From an uncultured Bacteroidales bacterium (GTDB lineage Bacteria; Bacteroidota; Bacteroidia; Bacteroidales; UBA3663), in assembly GCA_937899265.1 (NCBI GenBank), contig CALBPV010000002.1, forward strand, positions 1-61,970: DNA of 61,970 nt, written 5' to 3'. Every line of letters begins with the position of its first letter. The stretch's first letter is position 1. Positions 18,416 through 29,046 of the stretch are shown here, piece by piece. A program made the translations under genes and the position numbers. The notes under the pieces were generated by a model, which was not told the DNA's origin, made no database searches, and was given only the letters and a program-made list of their open reading frames with translations.

Positions 18416-19445
18416 AAGTCTTGATTGAACCGTTTACAGGATGGAACGTGGCGGAGCCCGCCCGTTTACCCGTGAAATAAGAATTGGGCAACTGCACCTC
18501 GCGTCCGAACTGTCCCATTTGGAAAACCCCTTCTACAAGGGACTTGCCGTTGAGACAAACAGCGACACGGGCTTTGCCGGGAAGCAGGTAAACGACCCCT
18601 TTTTCCCGTTTCCCCTCCACCACGGGCGTTGAGCGATTGTCTTCCAGCAAATCTACAGTTATATAATAAGGTGTTCCGCTCAAATCGTCGTCATCGACCA
18701 ATCCGAAGCGTTTGGAAAAACGGAAAAGGGTCTCGCCCTTGCTGTTGGCTTCGCGAGGCCGATAAGAGAAGGTCCGTTGGACCGTTCTGACGGAAGACTC
18801 CCCGGTAAAGAGGGCAGTATAGGCTTCTTCCTGTTGCTGGAGTTGTCCGAGCACAAGTTGCAGACCCTGTCCATCGGCAGGACGGTTGTCCGCCTCCCCG
18901 GTAAGCAAAGCCATACGGCTCTCACGAATGCGGAAAATCTGGGCGGCGGCAGCCTCGGCCTGTCGTGCCACAGAGCCGGCCCTGAGCATCTCCTCGGTCA
19001 TAATGGGGGCGGATGTCAGAGGCTTCTCCTCAAACTGGACAGCCGGTGCGGCCGGGGTCTCCAAGGGCTCCGGCTCCCGGTTGATGCTCAGCAGGATATT
19101 GTCGGGCGAAAGCCAGACGGCGGGCTGTTCTTTGGAGGGCACAATCGTGAACGTGCGTGCCGTGTCGGCCACGCCGGAGACGGATAGTTCAATTTTGTCG
19201 ATATTCCACACCGTCTGATTCTCGGTGGGGACATCTTTGAGCGCCAACAGTTTTTCTGCATAGGCTGCATAACGGCCGGCTTGGGTGGTAGTACATGTAG
19301 CCGTCACCTCCACCTCCACAACGGCAGCGGGCAGGCGATAGACGATGCCCTCGGCCAAAGTGGGATTGGGTACGATTTTCCGTACTTCCTGTGCGTTGGC
19401 GGCCAAGGCGAAGAGACTGGCTGCCCAAAGTATGATATTTTTCAT
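18405..19445 (-). CDS. secreted hypothetical protein (possibly DUF4831-like), 346 aa
   Basis: Signal peptide [19 protein letters not shown]. Overlaps the recR stop (ATGA) and the peptidase start. The family guess is from memory only. Confidence 0.5.
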   Translation of the reverse strand: MKNIILWAASLFALAANAQEVRKIVPNPTLAEGIVYRLPAAVVEVEVTATCTTTQAGRYAAYAEKLLALKDVPTENQTVWNIDKIELSVSGVADTARTFTIVPSKEQPAVWLSPDNILLSINREPEPLETPAAPAVQFEEKPLTSAPIMTEEMLRAGSVARQAEAAAAQIFRIRESRMALLTGEADNRPADGQGLQLVLGQLQQQEEAYTALFTGESSVRTVQRTFSYRPREANSKGETLFRFSKRFGLVDDDDLSGTPYYITVDLLEDNRSTPVVEGKREKGVVYLLPGKARVAVCLNGKSLVEGVFQMGQFGREVQLPNSYFTGKRAGSATFHPVNGSIKTYEQ

Positions 19446-20071
19446 TTTTGAGGAAATGAATGGGTAAATAATGTTCTGTTCTGAATACTGCGGCCCAAGG
19501 TCACGGAATCGGTGTATTCCAATTCATCGCCCACAGAGACACCGCGGGCCAGAGTTGTAATCTTGAGCCGGCTGAATTCTGCCAGTTTGCGGAAAATATA
19601 AAAATCGGTAGTGTCGCCCTCGATGGTGGTGGAGAGAGCCAGAATCACTTCATCCACCTCACCTCCACGAACGCGCTCCACCAGACTTTCAATCTCGAGT
19701 TGGGAAGGCCCGATGCCGTCCATTGGAGAAATCAGACCGCCCAAGACGTGATAGACGCCGGAGAACTGATGGGTGGATTCAATCATCATGACATCCTTGA
19801 CGTTCTCGACCACACAGACCGTGCGGTGGTCCCGACGGGGATTGCTGCAGATGGAGCAAGTCCCGTTATCGGAGATATTGTGGCACACCTTGCAATAGCA
19901 GACCTCGCGCCGCAGTCGTATGATGCTTTCGCCCAAAGCCTCGGCCCGGGCGGGGTCCTGTCGCAAAAGGTGCAGCACCAGTCGCAGCGCAGTCTTATGT
20001 CCCACTCCCGGGAGTTTACCGAATTCGTCAACTGCAGTCTGAAGCAATTGAGAGGGATATGCGTCTATCAT
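19442..20071 (-). CDS. recR: recombination protein RecR
   Basis: HhH motif [13 protein letters not shown]4 zinc finger CKVCHN..CSIC, and a Toprim region. Confidence 0.9.
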   Translation of the reverse strand: MIDAYPSQLLQTAVDEFGKLPGVGHKTALRLVLHLLRQDPARAEALGESIIRLRREVCYCKVCHNISDNGTCSICSNPRRDHRTVCVVENVKDVMMIESTHQFSGVYHVLGGLISPMDGIGPSQLEIESLVERVRGGEVDEVILALSTTIEGDTTDFYIFRKLAEFSRLKITTLARGVSVGDELEYTDSVTLGRSIQNRTLFTHSFPQK

Positions 20072-20107
20072 TCTTCTATTCTTTCGGCGTTTGTCCGATT
20101 TTATGAA

Positions 20108-20590
20108 TCAATAGCGTCGGGCATCCTTGAACGCGCGGTCCATGAGACGGCGGTCTTCTTTCTCCTTGATGGAGTCGCGTTTGTCGAACTCTTTCTTGCC
20201 CCGACAAAGGGCAATCTCCATTTTTGCATAACCCTTGTCGTTGATAAAAAGTCTGAGAGGGACAATGGTCATACCCGCCTCCTTGCTGTCCTGAGCCAGC
20301 GCGCGAAGCTCCTTTCGGTTGAGCAGGAGTTTGCGGTCCCTATGGGCATTGTGATTGTTGTATGTGCCGTAGAAATATTCGGCAATATATACATTTTTGG
20401 CCCACAACTCACCCTTGTCGAAGATACAGAAGGAGTCGGTCAAACCGGCCTTTCCTGCACGAAGCGACTTGATTTCGGTACCGGTGAGCACAATGCCCGC
20501 CGTCCAAGTGTCAAGTATTTCGTAGTCAAAAGAAGCCCGCTTATTGCGAATATTGACTGCTGTCTTAGTTTGTTTGTTCTTTTCTGACAT
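20108..20590 (-). CDS. smpB: SsrA-binding protein SmpB
   Basis: Characteristic [28 protein letters not shown]. Confidence 0.9.
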   Translation of the reverse strand: MSEKNKQTKTAVNIRNKRASFDYEILDTWTAGIVLTGTEIKSLRAGKAGLTDSFCIFDKGELWAKNVYIAEYFYGTYNNHNAHRDRKLLLNRKELRALAQDSKEAGMTIVPLRLFINDKGYAKMEIALCRGKKEFDKRDSIKEKEDRRLMDRAFKDARRY

Positions 20591-20599
20591 TCTTATTCC

Positions 20600-21172
20600 T
20601 TAATTTCCAAAGAGGCCCATGACGGTTGCTATCAGCCACTGAGACAGGAAGAGAACGGTTGAGGTAACAATCGTGAAAGAAATCCTTCTCCGTGCCGGAA
20701 TCCCCAAATAAGGCAGAGCAGCGCACCATACTATATAAAAAAGGTATATATAGACCAAGTTGAACAGACTGGCGCGAAAAATCTCTGTCAGGAGATAAGC
20801 CAGCATCTGAACACTCATCGTATAATAGATGAAAACCAACAGCCGCTCTTTGGTATGTTCTACGCCCCAAATCAACGGAATCACCCACGACAGGGCAAAT
20901 TGAGCCATATAGGGACCCAGGAAGAAAGATGCGAGGAAGGTCACAACGCTACGCATTGCCGTTGCAGCCCACATGGATTCTCTGGCATAGAATCCGACAA
21001 CCAGAAAGACCAATATGCCCACGAATCCCATCAAATAGAGATAGTATTCCGAGAACACGTGATTCTCGCGGGATTCAGGCTGTTGGTCATCGGACGCCAA
21101 CATCTTCCAGCGTTCCTGAGGCGTAACCACAAGGGCCACCAAATACTTCAAGACAAGCTTAATATGATTCAT
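20600..21172 (-). CDS. Yip1-like integral membrane protein
   Basis: Five predicted TM helices. The track start at 21181 is TTG, so I prefer ATG 21172 (MNHIKL). Confidence 0.55.
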   Translation of the reverse strand: MNHIKLVLKYLVALVVTPQERWKMLASDDQQPESRENHVFSEYYLYLMGFVGILVFLVVGFYARESMWAATAMRSVVTFLASFFLGPYMAQFALSWVIPLIWGVEHTKERLLVFIYYTMSVQMLAYLLTEIFRASLFNLVYIYLFYIVWCAALPYLGIPARRRISFTIVTSTVLFLSQWLIATVMGLFGN

Positions 21173-21177
21173 CTGTT

Positions 21178-22425
21178 TCAATCCTCGAGCTTATGAACCA
21201 CAAGGCCGGAACGGAGTTTCGGTTCGAACCATGTTGTCTTGGGCGGCATGATATTGCCGGAGTCGGCGATGGCGATGAGTTGGGCCATTGAGACGGGATA
21301 GAGCGCCAATGCCACACGCATTTCACCGTTATCGACACGTTCCTTGAGATTGCCCAACCCTCGCAGACCGCCCACGAAATCAATACGTTTGTCACGTCGC
21401 AAATCTTTGATGCCGAGGATTCTGTCGAGAATGAGGTTGGACGAAATTGTGACATCCAAAACACCGATGGGGTCATCATCGTCGTATGTACCCGGCTTGG
21501 CCGTGAGGGAATACCAGGAACCGCTCAAATAGAGTGCGAAATTGTGGAGCCGGGTCGGATGATAAATCTCGGCACCTTTCTTTTCGACCTCGAAGTTCTC
21601 GGCCAGGGCAGAGAGGAACTGTTCATCGGTCAGACCGTTGAGATCCTTGACAACACGGTTGTAGTCCATAATCTTGAGCTGGGATGCCGGAAAACAAACG
21701 GCCAGGAAGTAATTGTATTCCTCGTCGCCCGTATGGTGCGGGTCGTTTTTGGCCTTCTCCTCACCCACTCTCGCGGCAGCGGCCGTGCGGTGGTGTCCGT
21801 CAGCTATATAGAGGGCGGGCAGGGCGTCAAACCCTGCGGTGACAGCCTGAATGTCGGCCTCGTCATCAATGAGCCAGAACTCATGGCCGAAGCCTTCAGC
21901 GGAAGTAAACTTGCACGCGGAAGGTTTCTTGGCCGTCTTGGCGATTATGGACATCAACGTTTCGTTGTCCTCAAAAGCGAAAAAGACGGGTTCCATGTTG
22001 GCATTGAGACAACGCACATGCTTCATGCGGTCTTCCTCTTTGTCGGCACGGGTCAGTTCGTGTTTCTTGATTACGCCTGAAAGGTAATCTTCGACCGAAG
22101 CAGCCACCACCAGTCCATACTGGGTACGGCCCTCCATCGTCTGGGCATAGAGATAATACACGGGTTTGGCATCCTGCCGGAGCCAGCCCTCCCGCTGGAA
22201 TTTGGCGAATTGCTCTACCGCCTTGTCATAGACTTTGGGGTCGTGTTCGTCTGCAATGGGGTCGAAATTGATTTCAGGTTTGATGATATGATAGAGCGAT
22301 TTCTCGTTGCCGAGACATTCGTCGTATGCTTCCTGAGAAGAGAGCACGTCGTATGGACGTGAAGATACTGTGGGAGCGAGTTCTGCTGTAGGACGCAATC
22401 CCTTGAAAGGTCTAACTTTTGCCAT
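21178..22425 (-). CDS. DUF1015-family protein, 415 aa
   Basis: N-terminus MAKVRPFKGLRP...SRPYDVLS is typical of DUF1015 proteins. Confidence 0.7.
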   Translation of the reverse strand: MAKVRPFKGLRPTAELAPTVSSRPYDVLSSQEAYDECLGNEKSLYHIIKPEINFDPIADEHDPKVYDKAVEQFAKFQREGWLRQDAKPVYYLYAQTMEGRTQYGLVVAASVEDYLSGVIKKHELTRADKEEDRMKHVRCLNANMEPVFFAFEDNETLMSIIAKTAKKPSACKFTSAEGFGHEFWLIDDEADIQAVTAGFDALPALYIADGHHRTAAAARVGEEKAKNDPHHTGDEEYNYFLAVCFPASQLKIMDYNRVVKDLNGLTDEQFLSALAENFEVEKKGAEIYHPTRLHNFALYLSGSWYSLTAKPGTYDDDDPIGVLDVTISSNLILDRILGIKDLRRDKRIDFVGGLRGLGNLKERVDNGEMRVALALYPVSMAQLIAIADSGNIMPPKTTWFEPKLRSGLVVHKLED

Positions 22426-22427
22426 TT

Positions 22428-23936
22428 TTATTTAAGATATTTTCTAATCATTTCGTTGACTTTACGCAATGTCAGCGGGTTGGTTAACAAATATTGTGCG
22501 CCCAGGTCTCTCACCTTCCTGTGGAGAATCCTGTGGGCATAATCTGCAGTTACGACAATCGGGGTGTCGGCGGACTCTTTCCTCATCATTGCAACCGAAT
22601 CCAGAGGAGCGACATTCCCCTTGAGGTTATAGTCGATAAAGACCATGTCGGGACGATGCTCCCGGAAGAGACTTTCGACCTCATCGCTGGTCTTTGCCGT
22701 GATGGCCCTGAAAAGATGCTGGTCGCGGAAGATGGAGGCATCCCCGAGAATCCCAATCAGAACCAGCGGCAATCCTTGCGCAGACATTTCTCCCCGGGGA
22801 TATGTTTCCACAGAACCGCCGGGCAGCTCGTCAAACACATCGAGTTTGGTGGATTGTTCGCCCGTAGCCTTGTAGATGTCTGTGGGCAAAGTTATCGTGT
22901 AGTAAATCTTGCCGTCGTCATCTTTGGTCACGTCGATTTTGCCCCACAAACGCTGCAACATCATACGGCTGACGCTGAGTCCGAGTCCGCTTTCCGTCTT
23001 CACGCTCTGCAAATGTTCCGTTGTGGCATCTCCGTTGATGCAAGTAATTGTGAGCGTAAAGTAATCGCCGTTTATCTTGTAACTCATGGTCAGATAACCG
23101 TCTTTGGCGTTATGTGCCTGAGAGTAGATGAGGTTCTCAATGACCGAATCGAACAATTTCTCGTTAATGACGATTTGTGCGTTGTCGTATTGGTTGGCGA
23201 AATAAAGTTTGGGCACAGCCGGCAGACGCAGAGAATAGAGCTGTTGCAACTCGGCCAAATGTTCCCAAAGCTGTATCGTGCGGAAACTTTGGTTCTTGTC
23301 GATGGGGTCCCCGAGGAAACTGCGCACCTTGTCATTGAGTCTGAGAATGGTCGAAACCTTTTCTTTCATTTCCGAGAGCATTGTCAGACGCTCGTCTCTG
23401 GAAAGGATGCTGTCTCCCGAGATGATACTTTCGGAATTGGAGGCAAGCGTTTCAAGGATGGTCACCACTTCCTGCATCGTCGAAGCGCAGAATTCCGTCT
23501 TCTGCCGCTCGCTCTCCGCCTGATAGTTTTTGATTTGCAGCAGGCGCTCCTGGGTTCGAAACCGGCGGTCGGCATTGATGGCCACTCCGCGCAGATAGAC
23601 CGGACGCCCCTTGACCCTTCGCAATGTCTTGCCTCTGAACACGAACCATTCGTAATGGTCACTGAGGCGCAACCGCAAATCGACCTCGAACATTTCATTG
23701 GTCACATAAATGGGAGAGTTTTTGGAGACAAAAATTTTGGCGATGTCATCGGGATGAACGCGTTCCAACACGGTTACCAGACGGAAAATCTTCTTCTTGT
23801 CGTCAATCCACAAGCCATTGAGAGAAGGCACGCCGAAACGCACGTACTTCTCGGGCAAGTACCATTCCCAGACGTACATGTCGCATTCGTTCAGGAACGC
23901 TTCATATTCATTGACAATCGGTGTCTTTTTTGACAT
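22428..23936 (-). CDS. PAS - histidine-kinase-like - receiver-like hybrid protein with degenerate catalytic residues
   Basis: PAS (VHPDDI). H-box-like EFCASTMQEV with Q where His is expected. N-box NAK and G2 GLGLS present. C-terminal REC-like domain (MVFIDYNL). Start at ATG 23936 (MSKKTPIV). Confidence 0.65.
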   Translation of the reverse strand: MSKKTPIVNEYEAFLNECDMYVWEWYLPEKYVRFGVPSLNGLWIDDKKKIFRLVTVLERVHPDDIAKIFVSKNSPIYVTNEMFEVDLRLRLSDHYEWFVFRGKTLRRVKGRPVYLRGVAINADRRFRTQERLLQIKNYQAESERQKTEFCASTMQEVVTILETLASNSESIISGDSILSRDERLTMLSEMKEKVSTILRLNDKVRSFLGDPIDKNQSFRTIQLWEHLAELQQLYSLRLPAVPKLYFANQYDNAQIVINEKLFDSVIENLIYSQAHNAKDGYLTMSYKINGDYFTLTITCINGDATTEHLQSVKTESGLGLSVSRMMLQRLWGKIDVTKDDDGKIYYTITLPTDIYKATGEQSTKLDVFDELPGGSVETYPRGEMSAQGLPLVLIGILGDASIFRDQHLFRAITAKTSDEVESLFREHRPDMVFIDYNLKGNVAPLDSVAMMRKESADTPIVVTADYAHRILHRKVRDLGAQYLLTNPLTLRKVNEMIRKYLK

Positions 23937-24043
23937 TGGCTTGGATAAATTAGCGTGGGCCGGAAGGCCTCCTACAAGTGACATCGAAACGCGGAGTCCC
24001 ATTGAGAACCCCGCGTTCGAGCTGTTCAAGGGCGGTCAACCAA

Positions 24044-24961
24044 TCAGTTGACACGGAATTTGTCGATACCGTTCTTGAGGAAACCGACGCTCTGGTGAGC
24101 AGCAGCCACACCTGCGTTGGCATTGGCCTCGGCCGTCTGGGCTCCGCTCTTCTTGGGGGTGAAGAAGACGCGGTCGCCGAACTTGGCTGCAAACTCGTCA
24201 GCTGCATTGGGTTTCACATCGGCAATATAACGCAAGTCTTCACGCTCCTCAAGCAATTTCTCCAGACCTGCCTCGTCGATTACTTCCTTGCGAGCCGTAT
24301 TGATGAGCACACCGTTCTTGGGCAGGTTCTTCACGAGGTCGTAGTTGATGGAGCCGATGGTCTCCTTCGTTGCGGGGCAGTGGAGCGACACATACTGACA
24401 GGTTTTGTAGAGCTCTTCGAGAGAATCCACGGCCTTGGCTCCGGCAGCCTCAATCTGTTCCTTGGTGAGGAAAGGATCGTAGGCATACACTTCCATACCG
24501 AATCCTTTGGCGACACGAGCCACATTGCGGGCCACGTTGCCGAAGGCCTGAAGGCCCAATTTCTTGCCCAGAAGTTCCGAGCCGGCCTTTCCGCTGAAGT
24601 GGTTGCGAATCACGAAGAGCACCATGCCGAAGACAAGTTCTGCCACGGCATTGGCATTCTGACCGGGAGTATTCATCACGACCACCTTGTGGGCCGTGGC
24701 AGCTTCGAGGTCGATGTTGTCATATCCGGCACCTGCACGAACGACAATCTTGAGGTTCTTGGCGGCATCCATCACCTCGGCATCGATGATATCGCTGCGT
24801 ACGATGATACCGTCCACATCCTTGACAGCTTCGAGGAGCTGTTGTTTTTCCGTATATTTCTCGAGAGCCGCAAATTGCACTCCGCCTTCCTCGACAATCT
24901 GTTTGATTTGGGCTACGGCGGCAGCAGAAAAAGGCTTCTCGGTTGCTACTAAAATTTTCAT
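24044..24961 (-). CDS. serA: D-3-phosphoglycerate dehydrogenase / D-2-hydroxyacid dehydrogenase
   Basis: NAD-binding GFGNVARNVA. Lies next to serC. Start at ATG 24961 (MKILVATEKPF). Confidence 0.8.
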   Translation of the reverse strand: MKILVATEKPFSAAAVAQIKQIVEEGGVQFAALEKYTEKQQLLEAVKDVDGIIVRSDIIDAEVMDAAKNLKIVVRAGAGYDNIDLEAATAHKVVVMNTPGQNANAVAELVFGMVLFVIRNHFSGKAGSELLGKKLGLQAFGNVARNVARVAKGFGMEVYAYDPFLTKEQIEAAGAKAVDSLEELYKTCQYVSLHCPATKETIGSINYDLVKNLPKNGVLINTARKEVIDEAGLEKLLEEREDLRYIADVKPNAADEFAAKFGDRVFFTPKKSGAQTAEANANAGVAAAHQSVGFLKNGIDKFRVN

Positions 24962-24972
24962 TTCTTTTGCGA

Positions 24973-26040
24973 TTAATGTTTCTTTTCGAATTCCTGCATG
25001 CAAGCGACGAGGGCCTTGACACCTTCGAGGGGCATTGCGTTGTAGAGTGATGCACGGAAACCGCCCACGGAACGATGTCCCTTGACACCCACCATGCCGT
25101 TATCCTTGGCAAAGGCGGCGAACTCTTCTTCCAGCTCCTTGTATTCCGGAGCCATCACGAAGCAGACGTTCATGCGGGAACGGTCTTCGGGAACGGCTGT
25201 TCCGACGAAAAGTTTGTTGCGGTCAATCTCGTCATAGAGCATCGAGCTGCGTTCTATGGCACGCTGTTCGAGCACCTTCAGTCCGCCCAACTCCTTGTAC
25301 CATTTCAAGGTCTGGAGTACGGTGAAGACGGGGAGACAGGGAGGTGTATTGAACATCGAACCCTTCTTCACATGTGTTTCGTAATTGAGCATCGTGGGAA
25401 TTGGACGGGGAGCCTGACCCAGCACATCCTTCTTCACGATAATTACAGTGACACCTGCAGGACCTGCGTTCTTCTGAGCGCCGGCATAAATCAGGTCATA
25501 CTTGCTTATATCAACGGGATGGCTCATGAAGTCGGACGACATGTCGCAGACCAAACGAAGCGGAACGTCGGGCGTTTCAAGCGTCTCGGTACCGTAAATC
25601 GTATTGTTCGATGTGTAGTGGAAATAGTCGCTGTCGGCGCTGGCCTTCCATCCCTTGGGGATATAGGTGTAGTTTTTGTCTGCAGACGAAGCAACGACCT
25701 CGACCTCGCCGAAAAGCTTGGCTTCCTTGATGGCCTTGTTTGCCCATGTGCCTGTGTCGATGTAACTTGCTTTCTTTTTGAGCAAGTTATAAGGCACCAT
25801 GCAGAACTGCAGAGAAGCACCGCCGCCGAGGAATACTACATCGTAACCTTCCGGCACGTCATAAAGTTCCTTGACCAAAGCCTGGGCTTCGTCCATTACA
25901 GCCTGAAATTCTTTACTGCGGTGAGAGATCTCGAGGAGACTCAGGCCTGTGCCTGCAAATTCTTTGACAGCCTTGGCGGTCTCTTCAATCGCATACGGAC
26001 TCAAAATAGAAGGTCCTGCGTAAAAATTGTACTTCTTCAT
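24973..26040 (-). CDS. serC: 3-phosphoserine aminotransferase
   Basis: [11 protein letters not shown]..., with PLP lysine region [11 protein letters not shown]. Confidence 0.9.
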   Translation of the reverse strand: MKKYNFYAGPSILSPYAIEETAKAVKEFAGTGLSLLEISHRSKEFQAVMDEAQALVKELYDVPEGYDVVFLGGGASLQFCMVPYNLLKKKASYIDTGTWANKAIKEAKLFGEVEVVASSADKNYTYIPKGWKASADSDYFHYTSNNTIYGTETLETPDVPLRLVCDMSSDFMSHPVDISKYDLIYAGAQKNAGPAGVTVIIVKKDVLGQAPRPIPTMLNYETHVKKGSMFNTPPCLPVFTVLQTLKWYKELGGLKVLEQRAIERSSMLYDEIDRNKLFVGTAVPEDRSRMNVCFVMAPEYKELEEEFAAFAKDNGMVGVKGHRSVGGFRASLYNAMPLEGVKALVACMQEFEKKH

Positions 26041-26261
26041 TCCGATGTTAATTTATTAGTGAAGTTGTTGATTTCAATACACTGCTTACATGAATCCCGT
26101 CTTGGGAATTCTTTAAAAGAAAGCACATGCAAAGAAAATGATTTTTTTTGACTTGACCAAATCAAAAGCAGGAAAGTTTTCGAGTTTCGTCAAATATTAA
26201 CCTTTTATTCGCCATTTCTTTCATTTTGACACCACTACTTTGCATTTTTCTTGCATAAATT

Positions 26262-27545
26262 TCAGAATCTTCCCTTCCACTTTTCACGGAGATAAGCGGC
26301 AAGTTTTGCCTCCTGTGCATTCTCTTGGGGGAAGTAGAGACGGAGGTCTTTCAGCGCATCGGGCAGATATTGCTGGAGCACGAAATGGCCGGGATAGTCG
26401 TGGGCGTATTTGTAACCCTTCCCGTAATCCATTTTTTTCATCAGCGAAGTGGGTGCATTCCGCAGGTGCAGCGGCACCGGTGCGTTGCCGGTTTCCCGGA
26501 CCTTGGCCAAAGCTGACTCTATGGCCATATAGGCGCTGTTGCTTTTGGGCGACGAGGCGAGATAGACACAGGCTTCGGCCAGCGGAATCCTTCCTTCGGG
26601 CCACCCCAGTTTATTGACGGCATCGAAGGCGGCGTTGGCCAGCAGCAGGGCGTTGGGATTGGCCAGCCCCACGTCCTCGGAGGCGGAGATGACGAGTCTT
26701 CGGGCGATGAAGAGCGGATCCTCCCCGCCCTCAATCATCCGTGCCATGTAATAGACGGCGGCATCCGGGTCTGAGCCACGGATACTTTTTATCATGGCGG
26801 ATATCAGGTCATAGTGCATCTCTCCGTCCTTGTCGTAGGCCATGGGATTTTCCTGAAGTTTGAGCGTCACCAGCTCATCGGTAATGACGATGGGTGTGCC
26901 ATCGTCTGTCACATCGGCATACTCTCCGCACAGCAAATCCAGAATATTCAGGAATTTGCGGGCATCGCCGCCGGCATATCTCAGCAAAGCTTGGGTTTCC
27001 TTGACTTCCACCTTGCGGTTTTTGACCACTTCGTCCTCTTTCAGCACCCTGTCCATCAGTTCCGTCAAATCGGCGTCTTCGAGCGGATTCAAGGTATAGA
27101 CCTGGCAGCGGGAGAGAAGCGGACGAATCAGCTCAAACGAAGGATTCTCCGTCGTAGCACCGATGAGGGTCACGATGCCCTGTTCCACGGCCTCCAAGAG
27201 GCTGTCCTGCTGACTTTTGGAGAACCGGTGAATTTCATCGATGAAAAGAATCGGACTCCTCGGGTCGAAGAATTGGTCCTTCTTGGCCCGTTCAATCACC
27301 TCGCGCACGTCCTTCACTCCGCTCGAAACGGCGCTGAGCGTATAGAAGGGCAAATCCAAGGTATTGGCTATGATTTTGGCCAGCGTAGTTTTGCCTACGC
27401 CGGGAGGACCCCACAGGATAAAACTGACGAGATGTCCCGACTCCACCATTTTGCGAAGCACTGCATTCTCGCCTACGAGATGTTTCTGTCCGATATATCC
27501 GTCCAATTTCTTCGGACGCATTCTTTCTGCCAAAGGTGCTGCCAT
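26262..27545 (-). CDS. rarA: replication-associated recombination protein A (AAA+ ATPase)
   Basis: Walker A GPPGVGKTT and MgsA C-terminal region. Start at ATG 27545 (MAAPLAERMRPKKLD). Confidence 0.88.
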   Translation of the reverse strand: MAAPLAERMRPKKLDGYIGQKHLVGENAVLRKMVESGHLVSFILWGPPGVGKTTLAKIIANTLDLPFYTLSAVSSGVKDVREVIERAKKDQFFDPRSPILFIDEIHRFSKSQQDSLLEAVEQGIVTLIGATTENPSFELIRPLLSRCQVYTLNPLEDADLTELMDRVLKEDEVVKNRKVEVKETQALLRYAGGDARKFLNILDLLCGEYADVTDDGTPIVITDELVTLKLQENPMAYDKDGEMHYDLISAMIKSIRGSDPDAAVYYMARMIEGGEDPLFIARRLVISASEDVGLANPNALLLANAAFDAVNKLGWPEGRIPLAEACVYLASSPKSNSAYMAIESALAKVRETGNAPVPLHLRNAPTSLMKKMDYGKGYKYAHDYPGHFVLQQYLPDALKDLRLYFPQENAQEAKLAAYLREKWKGRF

Positions 27546-27607
27546 ATTCTGATTATCGGTTCTGTATTGTTGTCTGATACTGTCAAGCCGGAGGTCTGAA
27601 TCCCGGC

Positions 27608-28942
27608 CTATAACTTTGCATTGAAGGTAAATGCTGCGCCGTCCCATTTGCCGTCATCCAATCCGAAAGCCACTCCGAACCGGATTTTCCCGGTCATGTC
27701 AATTCCATACGACATCTCGGTATGAAGAGGAGCTCCATCGACTTTGACGGCATGCGCTTGCACGAAGTCCGTAAATCCGTATTTTGCCAACCACCGGCTC
27801 AGCCCCTGCATGCCCATGTTCCATTCTCCGTGCGCCTCTGTCCAGCAGAGGTCGGTTGACAGCTCGTAATTGTCCAACAGCGCAAATTGGGTGAGATCGC
27901 CCGTCGTTCTGCTGCTCAAGGCATAGCCTGTCCTGTCTTTTCTTTCGCCCCAGGAGAAGGCCTGCACATCGAAGTGCCGGAAATCCATCAAATCCACGTC
28001 TTTGTGGACAAGAAATCCACCCACGGAGCCGTAAAGCTTCAATTCGTGAAGGTTATCCTCCCACCGCAGGGTATGAGACGCACTCAAGTCGAGGCTCAGG
28101 AACCCGCGATTGACCTCATCGTCGTTCGGATGATTCCACCCGGTTTCCAACTGCAGCGAAAAGACCGGCAGAGTGCTGCGGGCTTCCACATCCATGTCGT
28201 TGAGCACATGAATCTTGCGTCCCGGAATGTAATCCAATTGCAATCCGGCTTTCCACAGATTCCACCTCGGTTGACGCGCCGTTGCCGGATTGAGGTTTCT
28301 CGCATCGACGATATAGTTGGCGGGCACATTCCACTTGCCTTCGGCCTTGCTGAGGCCATGCACGCGATGGTTTTCCATCAGTTCGCGTTGTTCCCATGAC
28401 AAATGTCCGGAGAGTTGGGTCACGCCTGTCAGGGCTATCGAGCCTTTGACTTCTGCCCCGACACGTTCATACAGTTTTACATGGTTCCATCCGAACAGGG
28501 CGGAGAAGAGAGAATTGGCCTGCTCCGTCAGTACGGCATCCCGGTCGAAATCTTCGGACCACTTGCCGCCGTTCAGCTCCACATATCCGTATTTGGACGG
28601 TGTAATATGATAACGCACTGTCGCGCCGCCCATCCACACATGACGGTCTTGTGCCCACATCAAACGCGGACGCAGTTCCAGGCGGCTGCAATCCCTGAAG
28701 ATACGTCCCACGGCGAAATCATGGATTCCCCATTTGTAACCGTCCACAAAGTTCATCGAGACGAGACTGCCCACAACCGAATGGTCGAGACGCAGATAAT
28801 CATTGTCCCATCGTCGCATGCCGCCTTCGAGCAATGTCTTTTGCCATTTGTCCTGTGCCTTGCGGGGTACGCGCAGAACCTGTTGTGCGTGAAGTATTCC
28901 TCCAAGCGCCAACCCGAGAAGCAGTAACAATGTTCGTCCCAT
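27608..28942 (-). CDS. putative outer-membrane beta-barrel protein, 444 aa
   Basis: Signal peptide ending ILHA-QQ. Alternating beta-strand pattern. C-terminal FTFNAKL. Confidence 0.5.
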   Translation of the reverse strand: MGRTLLLLLGLALGGILHAQQVLRVPRKAQDKWQKTLLEGGMRRWDNDYLRLDHSVVGSLVSMNFVDGYKWGIHDFAVGRIFRDCSRLELRPRLMWAQDRHVWMGGATVRYHITPSKYGYVELNGGKWSEDFDRDAVLTEQANSLFSALFGWNHVKLYERVGAEVKGSIALTGVTQLSGHLSWEQRELMENHRVHGLSKAEGKWNVPANYIVDARNLNPATARQPRWNLWKAGLQLDYIPGRKIHVLNDMDVEARSTLPVFSLQLETGWNHPNDDEVNRGFLSLDLSASHTLRWEDNLHELKLYGSVGGFLVHKDVDLMDFRHFDVQAFSWGERKDRTGYALSSRTTGDLTQFALLDNYELSTDLCWTEAHGEWNMGMQGLSRWLAKYGFTDFVQAHAVKVDGAPLHTEMSYGIDMTGKIRFGVAFGLDDGKWDGAAFTFNAKL

Positions 28943-29046
28943 ATATTATAAAGGTGTCGTTTTTAAATGGGTATCGCTCCTTCGAAGGGAGGAGCGATCC
29001 GAGTTATTCTTTCAATGGTCGGATTCCCTTGCACAAGGGACAATCC

